Part shown: positions 31,571-44,172 of the stretch, one piece after another
Numbering within the stretch: position 1 is the first letter of the stretch
Layout: each line of letters starts with the position of its first letter
Assembly (NCBI GenBank): GCA_002269645.1
Contig: NIVC01000028.1
Coordinates: 124,001-188,000, forward strand
Reading direction: 5' to 3'
Source of the DNA: Macrostomum lignano
Lineage: Eukaryota
DNA: 64,000 nt
Position numbers and translations under genes: made by a program
Notes under the pieces: model-generated
The model's database searches: none
What the model saw: the letters and a program-made list of their open reading frames with translations, nothing else
Told to the model about the DNA's origin: nothing

Positions 31571-34500
31571 TCATTCAGTCTTGCTCTCCCCAAAGCCCCC
31601 TTCGTTGTCAGTCCGCTCGTGAACTCCATCAGCAGCTGAGGCACCATCAGCAGCTGAGGCCCCATCAGCAGCTGAAGCCCCATCGGCAGCAGCCCCATCA
31701 GAAGCTGAGGCCCCATCAGCAGCGGCTGAGAACTTCACATCCGGCAGCTCCAGGCTGTGCGCCAAGGCGCGGCCGCTGGTCTCGATGGGCAGCAGCACGC
31801 AGAGCCCAGCACAGCTGAGATCCACCATCAGGTAGATGATGAAGGCCAGCAGCACGCTCACATCCGGCATGATCACCTGGGCAACAAATGGCGTTGTCAT
31901 GGAGCCCAGGCGAGCCATGGCTGAGCAGATGCCCAGCCCGAGACTGCGAATCACCGTGGGGTACACCTGGATTGGAAAGCCGCTTTTGACATCACTGGGT
32001 GTGGTGGACAGCCCTGCAGTCTCACCGACCCTTCCAGTTTCTAACTTAGTAAGCTGCAGCAGTGGGCCGATATAAGCCAAACGGCGTGCTCCAAGTCTGC
32101 ACCAAGCTTGTCGCAATGTCTGCTCTCGCAATGTCCTGATCTCAAATCCATCTACCTTCTCTCCTATCAACCCTGTACCCCGTCTAACCTCTCTTCTATA
32201 CCCCTTCCTCCCTTCTACGACTCTGCTGTCTACCCCTCTCTGCTGTCTACCCTCTCTCCTGTCTCCCCCTCTCTCCTGTCTACCCCTCTCTCATGCCTAC
32301 TTCTCTCCTATCCACCCTCTCTCCTGTCTCCACCTCTCTCCTGTCTACCCATCTCTTCTGTCTACCTCTCTCTCCTGTCTACCCCTCTCTCCAGTCTACC
32401 TCTCTCTCCTGTCTACCTTTTTCTCCTGTCTCTCTTCTCGCTGCTTTCTAACCATCCCATCTTCCTCCTTCTGCCTTTTCCATCTAAAAAGCCGGAAACA
32501 AATGAGAAAATTCATTAATAACTTCGCATTCAGCTCAAACCGCACTACTCACCTCAGTAGTATAAATATAAATAGTATTGAATATGCCAGCAGAGTGGGC
32601 CCTGATCAGAAACAGAAAAGCGGTGGTGGCCGCCTTCGGCACGCACAGGTAGGTGAGGCCGAAGAACACGCCAGTGAGCAGGTAGTTGATGCCGAGGGTG
32701 GCCCGCCTGCCCAGGGCATCGATGGTGAGCATGTTCACCGGAATGATGACGAACTCTCCAAGTGAGGAGATCAGCATGGCTGTGTAATCGTCCGACTGCA
32801 GACCTCTGCAGCAGGAGTTGTCCACCACGGACTCCGTGGTGTTGTGGGCCACCGTAACCGACTGAGCGGTGCTGAAGCAGTCCTGGTGGAAGCGAAAGAT
32901 TTCAGTGCTCACCAGCACGATGCCGTAGTAGGAGAAGGCGACACCGAACCACAGGGAGAACAGGATGAAGCTGGTGCGGCGGTAGAACGGGTGGAAGAGC
33001 GCCTTGAGCTGCCCTCGGTCTGACTGCGGGAGGGTCAGGCAATCAGTCAGTCAGTCAGTCAAGTCAGTCAGTCAGTCAGTCAGTCAGTCAGTCAGTCAGT
33101 CAGTCAGTCACCCACTCACTCAAGTCAGTCAGTCAGTCAGTCAGTCAGTCAGTCAGTCAGTCAGTCAGTCAGTCAGTCAGTCAGTCAGTCAGTCAGTCAG
33201 TCAGTCAGTCAGTCAGTCAGTCAGTCAGTCAGTCAGTCAGTCAGTCAGTCAGTCAGTCAGTCAGTCAGTCAGTCAGTCAGTCAGTCAGTCAGTCAGTCAG
33301 TCAGTCAGTCAGTCAGTCAGTCAGTCAGTCAGTCAGTCAGTCAGTCAGTCAGTCAGTCAGTCAGTCAGTCAGTCAGTCAGTCAGTCAGTCAGTCAGTCAC
33401 CCACTCACTCAAGTCAGTCAGTCAGTCAGTCAGTCAGTCAGTCAGTCAGTCAGTCACCCACTCACTCAAGTCAGTCAGTCAGTCAGTCAGTCAGTCAGTC
33501 AGTCAGTCAGTCAGTCAGTCAGTCAGTCAGTCAGTCAGTCAGTCAGTCAGTCAGTCAGTCATTCAGTCAGTCAGTCACCCACTCACTCAAGTCAGTCAGT
33601 CAGTCAGTCAGTCAGTCAGTCAGTCAGTCAGTCAGTCAGTCAGTCAGTCACCCACTCACTCAAGTCAGTCAGTCAGTCAGTCAGTCAGTCAGTCAGTCAG
33701 TCAGTCAGTCAGTCAGTCAGTCAGTCAGTCGCTCACCTCGCTGACGGTGGCCACAGCAGGCAGGCCCTCCATCGCAGGCCTGCGGTTCTCCCTGGCGATC
33801 TGGTCAATGACGGCAGCCGCTTCCTCAGCGCGTCCTGAGGCCAGCAGGAACCTCGCAGACTCCGGCAGGTGCTGAGGAAGAAAAGAGACAGATGATGCAG
33901 CTCAGGCTACTCACCCCAAGCGTGAGCACACAGATGCAGCTCAGGCTACTCACCCCAAGCGTGAGCACACAGATGCAGCTCAGGCTACTCACCCCCAGAG
34001 TGAGCACACACAGATAGCTCAGGCTACTCACCCCAAGCGTGAGCACACACAGATAGCTCAGGCTACTCACCCCAAGCGTGAGCACACAGATGCAGCTCAG
34101 GCTACTCACCCCCAGAGTGAGCACACACAGATGCAGCTCAGGCTACTCATCCCCAGCGTGAGCACTCACAGATGCAGCTCAGGCTACTCACCCCAGCGTG
34201 AGCACACACAGATGCAGCTCAGGCTACTCACCCCCAGCGTGAGCACACACAGATGCAGCTCAGGCTACTCACCCCCAGCGTCAGCATGAACAGAAACAGC
34301 GGCAGTGAAGAGAAGGCCACCAGGTATCTCCAGCCCAAAGTGGGCAGCACCAGGTAAGCCAGCAGGATCTCGAAGGTGGATCCAAGACCCCAGAACAGGT
34401 TGTACAGGATTAGCACCTTGGCGCGGTGCTGCTGAGGCAGGTACTCGGACAGCAGGGTGAAGGAGGAGGCCGCACCGCCGATGTTGAAGCCCACGACACC

Positions 34501-37500
34501 ACGCAGGCTGACGAGCCAGAAGTAGTCAGGCGCGAACGAGCAGAGCAGGCCGAAGTAGGCCATGAGGCAGAGGCTGAGGGCGAACACGCTCCAGCGACCT
34601 CGCTTGTCTGACACGGCGCCCCAGCCAGGAGCTCCGAGCAGCATCCCAGCGAACACCACAGTGGTGATGCCGGCCACCTCGGTTGACGTCAGGCGCCAGT
34701 CGCAGCGGAGCGCGGGGCCCAGCACTGACAGCAGCAGCATCTCCATTGCGTCCGCTGCCTGCATTGAAATTGCAAAATGCCAGCTGCACTACTGACAGTC
34801 CGTGCGGCAGTAGCAATGTGCGAATATCGAGGCAATACTTGTGACATGGGATCAGAGAGCAGTGCTCAAATGGGATCAGAGAGCAGTGCTCAAATGGGAT
34901 CAGAGAGCAGTGCTCAAATGGGATCAGAGAGCAGTGCTCAAATGGGATCACAGAGCAGTGCTCAAATGGGATCAGAGAGCAGTGCTCAAATGGGATCACA
35001 GAGCAGTGCTCAAATGGCATCAGAGAGCAGTGCTCAAATGGGATCAGAGAGCAGTGCTCAAATGGGATCAGAGAGCAGTGCTCAAATGGGATCAGAGAGC
35101 AGTGCTCAAATGGCATCAGAGAGCAGTGCTCAACTGGGATCAGAGAGCAGTGCTCATATGGGATCAGAGAGCAGTGCTCAAATGGGATCAGAGAGCAGTG
35201 CTCAAATGGGATCAGAGAGCAGTGCTCAAATGGGATCAGAGAGCAGTACTCAAATGGGATCACAGAGCAGTGCTCAAGACTCCGCAAAAGCAGCAACCTA
35301 CAGACATGATGCCGGTGATGCAGAGGATTTTAATCTGGAACCTGCCGAACCCCAGCTTCTCAACCGCCTCCTCCACGGTGTACCGAACCTGCCGCTCGCC
35401 CTGAGAACTGTCGCTGCCTGCAGCAGCTGATGCAGCACCGGATGCTGAGCCAGAACTCAGCAGAACTCTGGCATCTGAAATCGAGAAGAGTGCATCAATG
35501 CAAATCGAGCTGTCAATCAAAATGACGCGCCAAGTTGAATGAGAAAATGCAAGGCACCCTGTTGAGTTGCTGAGTAGCTTTTTGAGCTTGCTGCGGCGGC
35601 TGCCAGACTCTGTCTACTAGAAGAAGAATAAGAGCTGCCGCGCTGCATTGCTGCAGCTGAGCAGTCAGTCAGCGCTCGGGCAGTTGAGGCAGGAATTGCT
35701 GAGGGTAGATTTCTGAGCAGCGCTGCTCAGGCCTCTGATAAATAAAATTTGACACGGCTGACTTGGCGCTGCCGCTTCCGGCTCAAGGAGCAGCGGGAGG
35801 AGAGGCGGCAGGGAGGGCTGGGGAGGGGATTTGAAGTGTGGGAAATTCCGGTGGGAGCGGACCGAGGCTGCTTCACCAGCGATTTAGCCTTGAAATGGGA
35901 TTTGTGGTCGGTGGGAATTCTGTGCAGTGGGGATCTAAGGGGAGTCAATGAGGATCAGGGATGGTGAATGAGGATCAGGGAGCGTGAATGAGAATCAGGG
36001 AGAGTAAATGAGGATCAGGGAGGGTGAATGAGAATCAGGGAGGGTGAATGAGGATCAGGGAGGGTGAATGAGAATCAGGGAGGGTGAATGAGAATCAGGG
36101 AGGGTGAATGAGGATCAGGGAGGGTGAATTAGAATCAGGGAGGGTGAATGGGGATCAGGGATGGTGAATGGGGATCAGGGATGATGAATGAGAATCAGGG
36201 AGGGTGAATGAGAATCAAAGAGGGTGAATGGGGATCAGGGAGGGTGAATGGGGATCAGGGAGGGTGAATGAGGATCAGGGAGAGTGAATGAGGGTCAGGG
36301 AGCGTGAATGAGGATCAGGGATGGTGAATGAGGATCAGGGAGCGTGAATGAGGATCAGGGATGGTGAATGAGGATCAAGGAGAGTGAATGAGAATCAGAG
36401 AGGGTGAATTGGGATCAGGGAGCGTGAGTGAGGATCAGGGAGGGTGAATGAGAATCAAAGAGGGTGATTGAGAATCAGAGGGTGAATTGGGATCAGAGAG
36501 GATGAATGGGGATCAAAGCCACAAAGTCCCCAAGGATCAGGTGACTCAGAGCCACCCCGGGCCAAATGCCTCAAGCAGCTGCAAGCACGACAGCACGCGA
36601 CCTACTTTTGGCTCGCGCCCGCGCGGCAGGGGAGGCGGCGACGATGAGCGACGGCGTAGCGGTGGCGACCCGAGGCTGCCGGCGAGGAGATGCAGCCCTG
36701 CTGAGATCACCTGGAAATGTTTGGCAGGAGCAGAAATGCTCTGAAACATTTGGCAGAAGCAGAAATGCCCTGAAACATTTAGCAGAAGCAGAAATGCCCT
36801 GAAACATTTGGCAGAAGCAGAAATGCCCTGAAACATTTAGCAGAACCAGAAATGCCCTGAAACATTTGGCAGAAGCAGAAATGCCCTGAAACATTTGGCA
36901 GAAGCAGAAATGCTCTGAAACATTTGGCAGGAGCAGAAATGCCCTAAAACATTTGGCAGAAGCAGAAATGCCCTGAAACATTTAGCAGAAGCAGAAATGC
37001 CCTAAAACATTTAGCAGAAGCAGAAATGCCCTAAAACATTTGGCAGAAGCAGAAATGCCCTGAAGCATTTGGCAGAAGCAGAAATGCCCTGAAACATTTA
37101 GCAGAAGCAGAAATGCTCTGAAACATTTGGCAGAAGCAGAAATGCCCTGAAACATTTGGCAGAAGCAGAAATGCCCTGAAACATTTGGCAGAAGCAGAAA
37201 TGCCCTGAAACATTTAGCAGAAGCAGAAATGCTCTGAAACATTTGGCAGAAGCAGAAATGCCCTGAAACATTTGGCAGAAGCAGAAATGCCCTGAAACAT
37301 TTGGCAGAAGCAGAAATGCCCTGAAACATTTGGCAGAAGCAGAAATGCCCTGAAACATTTGGCAGAAGCAGAAATTCCCTGAAACATTTGGCAGAACCAG
37401 AAATGCCCTGAAACATTTGGCAGAAGCAGAAATTCCCTGAAACATTTAGCAGAAGCAGAAATGCCCTGAAACATTTGGCAGAAGCAGAAATGTCCTAAAA

Positions 37501-38257
37501 CATTGGCAGAAGCAGAAATGCCCTGAAACATTTGGCAGAAGCAGAAATGCCCTGAAACATTTAGCAGAAGCAGAAATGCCCTGAAACATTTGGCAGAAGC
37601 AGAAATGCTCTGAAACATTTGGCAGAAGCAGAAATGCCCTGAAACATTTGGCAGAAGCAGAAATGCCCTGAAACATTTAGCAGAAGCAGAAATGCCCTGA
37701 AACATTTGGCAGAAGCAGAAATGCCCTGAAACATTTGGCAGAAGCAGAAATGCCCTGAAACATTTGGCAGAAGCAGAAATGCCCTGAAACATTTGGCAAA
37801 AGCAGAAATGCCCTGAAACATTTGGCAGAAGCAGAAATGCCCTGAAACATTTGGCAGAATCAGAGACCCTGCTCAGATCCCTGGCAGAAGCAGAAACAAC
37901 AAGCAGCCAAGAAGGAACACCCGCTGCTTTTCTCTACCCCTCTGCCCGCCCCAAAAATTTCTGCTCCCAGGCAATAAAAGCAGCAGAACCAGCCGATAAG
38001 CCGAAAAGATCGCTAATCAATACTGCACTGCTTTTTGAGAACAATCCGAGGCGCTGAGACCATAGCGGCCGAGTAGCTCAGTTGGTTAGAGCGTCGTGCT
38101 GATAACGCGAAGGTCGAGGGTTCGAGCCCCTCCCCGGCCAGGCAATTTTTTGTATTTTCTGCCCGATTAATTTTTCTGAGTACAGAAACTCACCATCTGC
38201 ATCCAGCGAGTCATCTTCCAGCCTGTAGCGACTGCGCCTGATGAAGCTGACAGACAT
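31571..38257 (-). CDS. SVOP: SVOP-like (synaptic vesicle 2-related) MFS transporter, ~574 aa
   Basis: Exons 38257-38194, 35474-35302, 34758-34273, 33871-33737, 33023-32553 and 31966-31571 splice in frame (1725 nt). Motifs: [66 protein letters not shown] possible alternative first exon is 35648-35558. Confidence 0.88.
33043..33730. repeat. Compound (TCAG)n microsatellite with TCACCCACTCACTCAAG interruptions
   Basis: Fills almost the whole SVOP-like intron 33736-33024. Confidence 0.95.
33890..34272. repeat. ~40-41-bp minisatellite containing the exon end and the 5' splice site
   Basis: About 10 copies of (minus strand) ctcacgctggggGTGAGTagcctgagctgcatctgtgtgtg. Confidence 0.9.
34845..35278. 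repeat. 24-bp minisatellite (GGGATCAGAGAGCAGTGCTCAAAT) x ~18
   Basis: Intronic; contains the palindrome GAGCA-G-TGCTC. Confidence 0.95.
35940..36510. repeat. 20-bp minisatellite (GAATGAGGATCAGGGAGGGT)
   Basis: Tandem, moderately diverged copies. Confidence 0.9.
36715..37860. repeat. 29-bp minisatellite (GCAGAAGCAGAAATGCCCTGAAACATTTG) x ~39
   Basis: Tandem copies; the overlapping ORFs are artefacts. Confidence 0.95.
38067..38140 (+). tRNA. tRNA-Ile, anticodon GAT
   Basis: 74-nt cloverleaf: GGCCGAG/CCCGGCC acceptor stem (one A-C mismatch), D arm GCTC/GAGC, anticodon arm TCGTG-CTGATAA-CGCGA, T arm GAGGG-TTCGAGC-CCCTC, discriminator A. T6 Pol III terminator at 38146-38151. Confidence 0.88.
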
Positions 38258-38349
38258 GCTTTGCAGCCTCACTGAGTGGCACTGAGGGCGAGCCTGGGCA
38301 GCCTGGGGGTCGCTGAGGGCTGCTGGCTCTGCAGTGATGAGGGAGCGGA

Positions 38350-39058
38350 ACTGACTGACTGACTGACTGACTGACTGACTGACTGCCTGACTGACTGCCT
38401 GACTGACTGACTGATTGACTGACTGACTGATTGACTGACTGACTGACTGACTGACTGACTGACTGACTGACTGACTGACTGACTTGAGTGAGTGGGTGAC
38501 TGACTGACTGACTGACTGACTGACTGACTGACTGACTGACTGACTTGAGTGAGTGGGTGACTGACTGACTGACTGACTGACTGACTGACTGACTGACTGA
38601 CTGACTGACTTGAGTGAGTGGGTGACTGACTGACTGACTGACTGACTGACTGACTGACTGACTGACTGACTGACTGACTGACTAACTGACTGACTGACTG
38701 ACTGCCTGACTGACTGACTGACTGCCTGACTGACTGACTGACTGCCTGACTGACTGACTGACTGACTGACTGACTGACTGACTGATTGACTGACTGACTG
38801 ACTGACTGACTGACTGCCTGACTGACTAACTGACTGACTGACTGACTAACTGACTGACTGACTGACTGACTGACTGACTGACTGACTGACTGCCTGACTG
38901 ACTGACTGACTGCCTGACTGACTGACTGACTGACTGACTGCCTGACTGACTAACTGACTGACTGACTGACTAACTGACTGACTTCCTGACTGACTGACTG
39001 ACTGACTGACTGACTGCCTGACTGACTGACTGACTGACTGACTGCCTGACTGACTACC
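38350..39058. repeat. Compound (CTGA)n microsatellite with CTTGAGTGAGTGGGTGA interruptions (reverse complement of 33043-33730)
   Basis: Same unit and same 17-nt interruption, in opposite orientation. Confidence 0.95.
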
Positions 39059-40194
39059 TGAGCACACAGCTGCTGAAATGACATTGGAAACAAGCAGAGC
39101 TCATCGCCCACCTGAGCCTCTCTGGAACTCCAAACCAGCTCACTTTCCGTAGCGAAGGCCTCATTTTATTTTTCATTAAAAAACAAACAATTTGAAAAAA
39201 ACAAAAGTTCAAATGTTGTTGGGGCTAATTATAAATATTCAGTACACAATATAAGCTAATTAAACTATGCACTCTGCAAAAACTGGGTGTCTCAGGTGCA
39301 CCAGAGAAACCAGAAAGTACACACTGTACTTTATCTCTTGAACCAGTTAGTCAGGGCACCAGGTGAGAGCAATTAACAAATGAATTAGAATTAACAAAAA
39401 CAGCCATTAGGCAGCTCCAGAATGCCTAGCACTGCAGAGCCACAGAAACTGAGAGATGGGGCACAAAATCCAGGTGCTGTAAAGTCAGCCTGTAAAAGTG
39501 CACACTGTAAGCCAGAAGTTAAAAATTTAATTAAAAACTTCAACACACAATATGATTCACTATTTATTCACTAATAAGTACCAAAGCAATAAAGTTGAAT
39601 TTATGAATAGGCACAAACTCGCAATAGATACTACTAAGGCCAGTAGGCAGTGAAAATGTATACAATAAGCGCTAAATATACTAATAAAAATCCTTCCAAG
39701 GCTGAGCACTGCTAATCTGTCTGTGTACGAAGCTCGCTTGAGAGACTGGGATCAGAAATTCCAACAGTTGCTGGCGGCAAACTTCAAAGACAATCAATTA
39801 GTGCGGGACAGACAGTTTTGAGGCAAATATCAGTTTGTACTTTTAGGCACCAGGTGATTGGCAGGTGGCAGTTCGATGGGGGCAGTAAAACATTAAAAGT
39901 TGGGAAAAATTCTGTGAAAATTTGTAATAAATTTTAGCCTCAGGGGAAATTCAGGCACTGAAGTATCTTTGCTCACAGAATCTGACAATAAAAACTTGGG
40001 GATGAAAGCTGATACACTGTGCTAGCAACAGAGAATCAACAAGTACTCAGTGTACTTTACAAGGAACCCGACAGCTTGCTGGTTGAGAATTTGGTTCTGC
40101 TGACAAACAAAAAAACAAACAAATAGCTTTACACAGGTGCTGCTGGTTTTACAGTGTTAGGGATTGTGCTGGGGAGAGAGGAGAGTAAGGAGAG

Positions 40195-41062
40195 GCTGAG
40201 GCGGGGAGAGGGGGCAGATCAGGCGGGGATAGGGGGAAGATGCGGGGAGAGGGGGCAGAGGCGGGGAGAGGGGGAAGATCAGGCGGGGAGAGGGGGCAGA
40301 GGCGGGGAGAGGGGCAGAGGCGGGGAGAGGGGGCAGAGGCGGGGAGAGGGGGCAGAGGCGGGGAGAGGGGGAAGATCAGGCGGGGAGAGGGGGCAGAGGC
40401 GGGGAGAGGGGGCAGAGGCGGGGAGAGGGGGCAGAGGCGGGAAGAGGGGGCAGAGGCGGGAAGAGGGGGCAGAGGCGGGGAGAGGGGGCAGAGGCGGGGA
40501 GAGGGGCAGAGGCGGGGAGAGGGGCAGAGGCGGGGAGAGGGGGAAGATCAGGCGGGGAGAGGGGACAGAGGCGGAGAGAGGGGGCAGAGGCGGGGAGAGG
40601 GGGCAGAGGCGGGAAGAGGGGGCAGAGGCGGGGAGAGGGGCAGAGGCGGGGAGAGGGGCAGAGGCGGGGAGAGGGGCAGAGGCGGGGAGAGGGGGCAGAG
40701 GCGGGGAGAGTGGCAGAGGCGGGGAGAGGGGGCAGAGGCGGGGAGAGGGGGCAGAGGCGGGGAGAGGGGGCAGAGGCGGGGAGAGGGGGGAGAGGCGGGG
40801 GAGAGGGGACAGAGGCGGGGAGAGGGGGCAGAGGCGGGGAGAGGGGGTAGAGGCGGGGAGAGGGGGCAGAGGCGGGGAGAAGGGGCAGAGGCGGGTAGAG
40901 GGGGCAGAGGCGGGGAGAGGGGGCAGAGGCAGGGAGAGGGGACAGAGGCGGGAGAGGGGGCAGAGGCGGGGAGAGGGGACAGAGGCGGGGAGAGGGGGCA
41001 GAGGCGGGGAGAGGGGGCAGAGGCGGGGAGAGGGGGCAGAGGCGGGGAGAGGGGCAGAGGCA
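40195..41062. repeat. ~20-bp G-rich minisatellite (GGCGGGGAGAGGGGGCAGAG)
   Basis: Tandem copies with G4-5 runs. Confidence 0.95.
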
Positions 41063-41854
41063 GTAAGAGCCCTGCACTGCAGATGCTGCATTTCCCAAAT
41101 CACCAAGCCATTCATGCTGTCTCAAGTAAGCCAAAGTAAGGCACTAAACTGACTGGATTAGTTAATCATCACTACTACTACAAGTAGGCACTGAACACTG
41201 AACCTGTGACAGTTCATATACTAAGCTAAAATTCATCCACTGCTCTCCATACAACTACCTAGCGAATGCAGAGATGGCACTCAGCTATAAACCACATCAC
41301 TGCATGCCTTGGCACGCAATACTCAGTCTGAATTTGCACGCATCATCAGATCGGGGATGCATATTTATTTAATATTTATATTTGCATTCATCTTGCAATT
41401 GCAAAAGAAAATTTATACCAGCGCGGGTTTCTTGAACAGCGATTCACATTTATGAATACAGAAAATTTACAGATTTGGGGTTGCACAAAAACAGGGAAAA
41501 ACAGTAAGAGACAGACAGACAGGCAGAAGCTGAAATTCGATCAAGTGTACTTCTGGCTCTGGGGATAAATTGGGATATTAATGCGCTCTCAGTGCCGCCT
41601 TGCAAATAGTTGTTATACAGAAGCTCGATCAGTTGAAAACAGTATAGAATAAATACCCGCAACTTGCTACTACTAACTGGCCAAGCGAGTAGTATTTGCT
41701 TACATTAAAAATCACACAGTTTATTTGCTAAGCTGACGCAGGGCCGATCGGCTTGAGAAATGAGTTTTTTATGAGAGACTGAAAACAGGACGCTGGCTCT
41801 CTGGGTGACAGCGGCTCGGGTTCTGCTGGCTGGATAAGCTCGCTTGAGACTGGG

Positions 41855-43635
41855 AGATGGGAGGAGAAGAAAGAGAGGAAGAGAGAGAGGGGAAGAGGGG
41901 AAGAGGAGAGGGGAAGAGGGGAAGAGGAGAGGGGAAGAGGAGAGGGGGAGAGGGGAAGAGATGAAAGGGGAAGAGGAAAGGGGAAGAGGAGAGGGGAAGA
42001 GGAGAGTGGGAGAGGGGAAGAGGGGAAGAGGAGAGGGGAAGAGGGGAAGAGGAGAGGGGAGAGGGGAAGAGGTGAAAGGGAAGAGGAAAGGGGAAGAGGA
42101 GAGGGGAAGAGGAGAGGGGAAGAGGAGAGGGGAAGAGGAGAGGGGAAGAGGAGAGGGGGAGAGGGGAAGAGGGGAAGAGGAGAGGGGAAGAGGGGAAGAG
42201 GAGAGGGGAAGAGGGGAAGAGGAGAGTGGGAGAGGGGAAGAGGGGAAGAGGGGAAGAAGAAAGGGGAAGAGGAAAGGGGAAGAGGAGAGGGGAAGAGAGG
42301 AAGAGGAGAGGGGAAGAGGGGAAGAGGGGAAGAGGGGAAGAGGAGAGTGGGAGAGGGGAAGAGGGGAAGAGGAGAGGGGAAGAGGGGAAGAGGAGAGGGG
42401 AAGAGGGGAAGAGGAGAGGGGAAGAGGGGAAGAGGAGAGTGGGAGAGGGGAAGAGGGGAAGAGGGGAAGAAGAAAGGGGAAGAGGAGAGGGGAAGAGGGA
42501 AGAGGAGAGGGGAAGAGGGGAAGAGGGGAAGAGGGGAAGAGGAGAGTGGGAGAGGGGAAGAGGGGAAGAGGGGAAGAAGAAAGGGGAAGAGGAAAGGGGA
42601 AGAGGAGAGGGGAAGAGGGGAAGAGGAGAGGGGAAGAGGGGAAGAGGAGAGGGGAAGAGGGGAAGAGGAGAGGGGAAGAGGGGAAGAGGGGAAGAGGAGA
42701 GTGGGAGAGGGGAAGAGGGGAAGAAGAAAGGGGAAGAGGAGAGGGGAAGAGGGGAAGAGGAGAGGGGAAGAGGAGAGGGGGAGAGGGGAAGAGATGAAAG
42801 GGGAAGAGGAAAGGGGAAGAGGAGAGGGGAAGAGGAGAGTGGGAGAGGGGAAGAGGGGAAGAGGAGAGGGGAAGAGGGGAAGAGGAGAGGGGGAGAGGGG
42901 AAGAGGTGAAAGGGGAAGAGGAAAGGGGAAGAGGAGAGGGGAAGAGGAGAGGGGAAGAGGAGAGGGGAAGAGGAGAGGGGAAGAGGAGAGGGGGAGAGGG
43001 GAAGAGGGGAAGAGGAGAGGGGAAGAGGGGAAGAGGAGAGGGGAAGAGGGGAAGAGGAGAGTGGGAGAGGGAAGAGGGAAGAGGGAAGAAGAAAGGGAAG
43101 AGGAAAGGGGAAGAGGAGAGGGGAAGAGAGGAAGAGGAGAGGGGAAGAGGGGAAGAGGGGAAGAGGGGAAGAGGAGAGTGGGAGAGGGGAAGAGGGGAAG
43201 AGGAGAGGGGAAGAGGGGAAGAGGAGAGGGGAAGAGGGGAAGAGGAGAGGGGAAGAGGGGAAGAGGAGAGTGGGAGAGGGGAAGAGGGGAAGAGGGGAAG
43301 AAGAAAGGGGAAGAGGAGAGGGGAAGAGGGGAAGAGGAGAGGGGAAGAGGGGAAGAGGGGAAGAGGGGAAGAGGAGAGTGGGAGAGGGGAAGAGGGGAAG
43401 AGGGGAAGAAGAAAGGGGAAGAGGAAAGGGGAAGAGGAGAGGGGAAGAGGGGAAGAGGAGAGGGGAAGAGGGGAAGAGGAGAGGGGAAGAGGGGAAGAGG
43501 AGAGGGGAAGAGGGGAAGAGGGGAAGAGGAGAGTGGGAGAGGGGAAGAGGGGAAGAAGAAAGGGGAAGAGGAGAGGGGAAGAGGAGAGAGGGGAAGAGGG
43601 GAAGAGAGACAGAGAGGGAGAGGGGAGGGGCAGGG
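41855..43635. repeat. ~1.8-kb polypurine tract (GAGGGGAA / GAGGA units)
   Basis: Almost exclusively A/G on the plus strand; the long ORFs in all frames are artefacts. Confidence 0.95.
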
Positions 43636-44172
43636 AGAAAAGACGAGGTATCAACGTAAATCTCGGAGACCTGCGCTGCCAAAAGATGAGCAAACGAAAA
43701 GAAAAAAAACACGAAAAACAAAATGAAAAGAAGAAAAACTATAAAAGATGAAATATTAAATTAGTAAGTTAATAAGCTCGCTTTGCTGTTGACATAACTT
43801 CCAAAAAAATTAGTTTAAACTATATAAACATACGCTAAACATGACAGTGTATGTGTTGTGTCTGTCTGTGTGGACTGTCCGCTACACACCTTCGCGCTGT
43901 GAGTTTCTACAGACACTGCATGCCATGTGGCAGCAGCAGCAACAGGTAAAGAACGGTTCTACAATACAAGTATGAAAACTGTGAACAATAGCAGACATAA
44001 TAGCGGTTGACACACGAGTTGAAAATCCAGCATTTGGGCATTTATAATTGTGTATAGATTATATATAATAATATAAATATAAAATCAGCATTGGTAATAA
44101 TAAAAAACAGCTTTGTACAGTCAAGGACAGAAAGCGAAGCTCGATTTCAGGTGAAACTATTCGGTAATTTTA

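Noticed and set aside
40154-43751. Very long ORFs (250-660 aa) rich in G/E/R or P/L/S/F
   Set aside because: They are translations of G-rich and polypurine repeats that lack stop codons in several frames on both strands.
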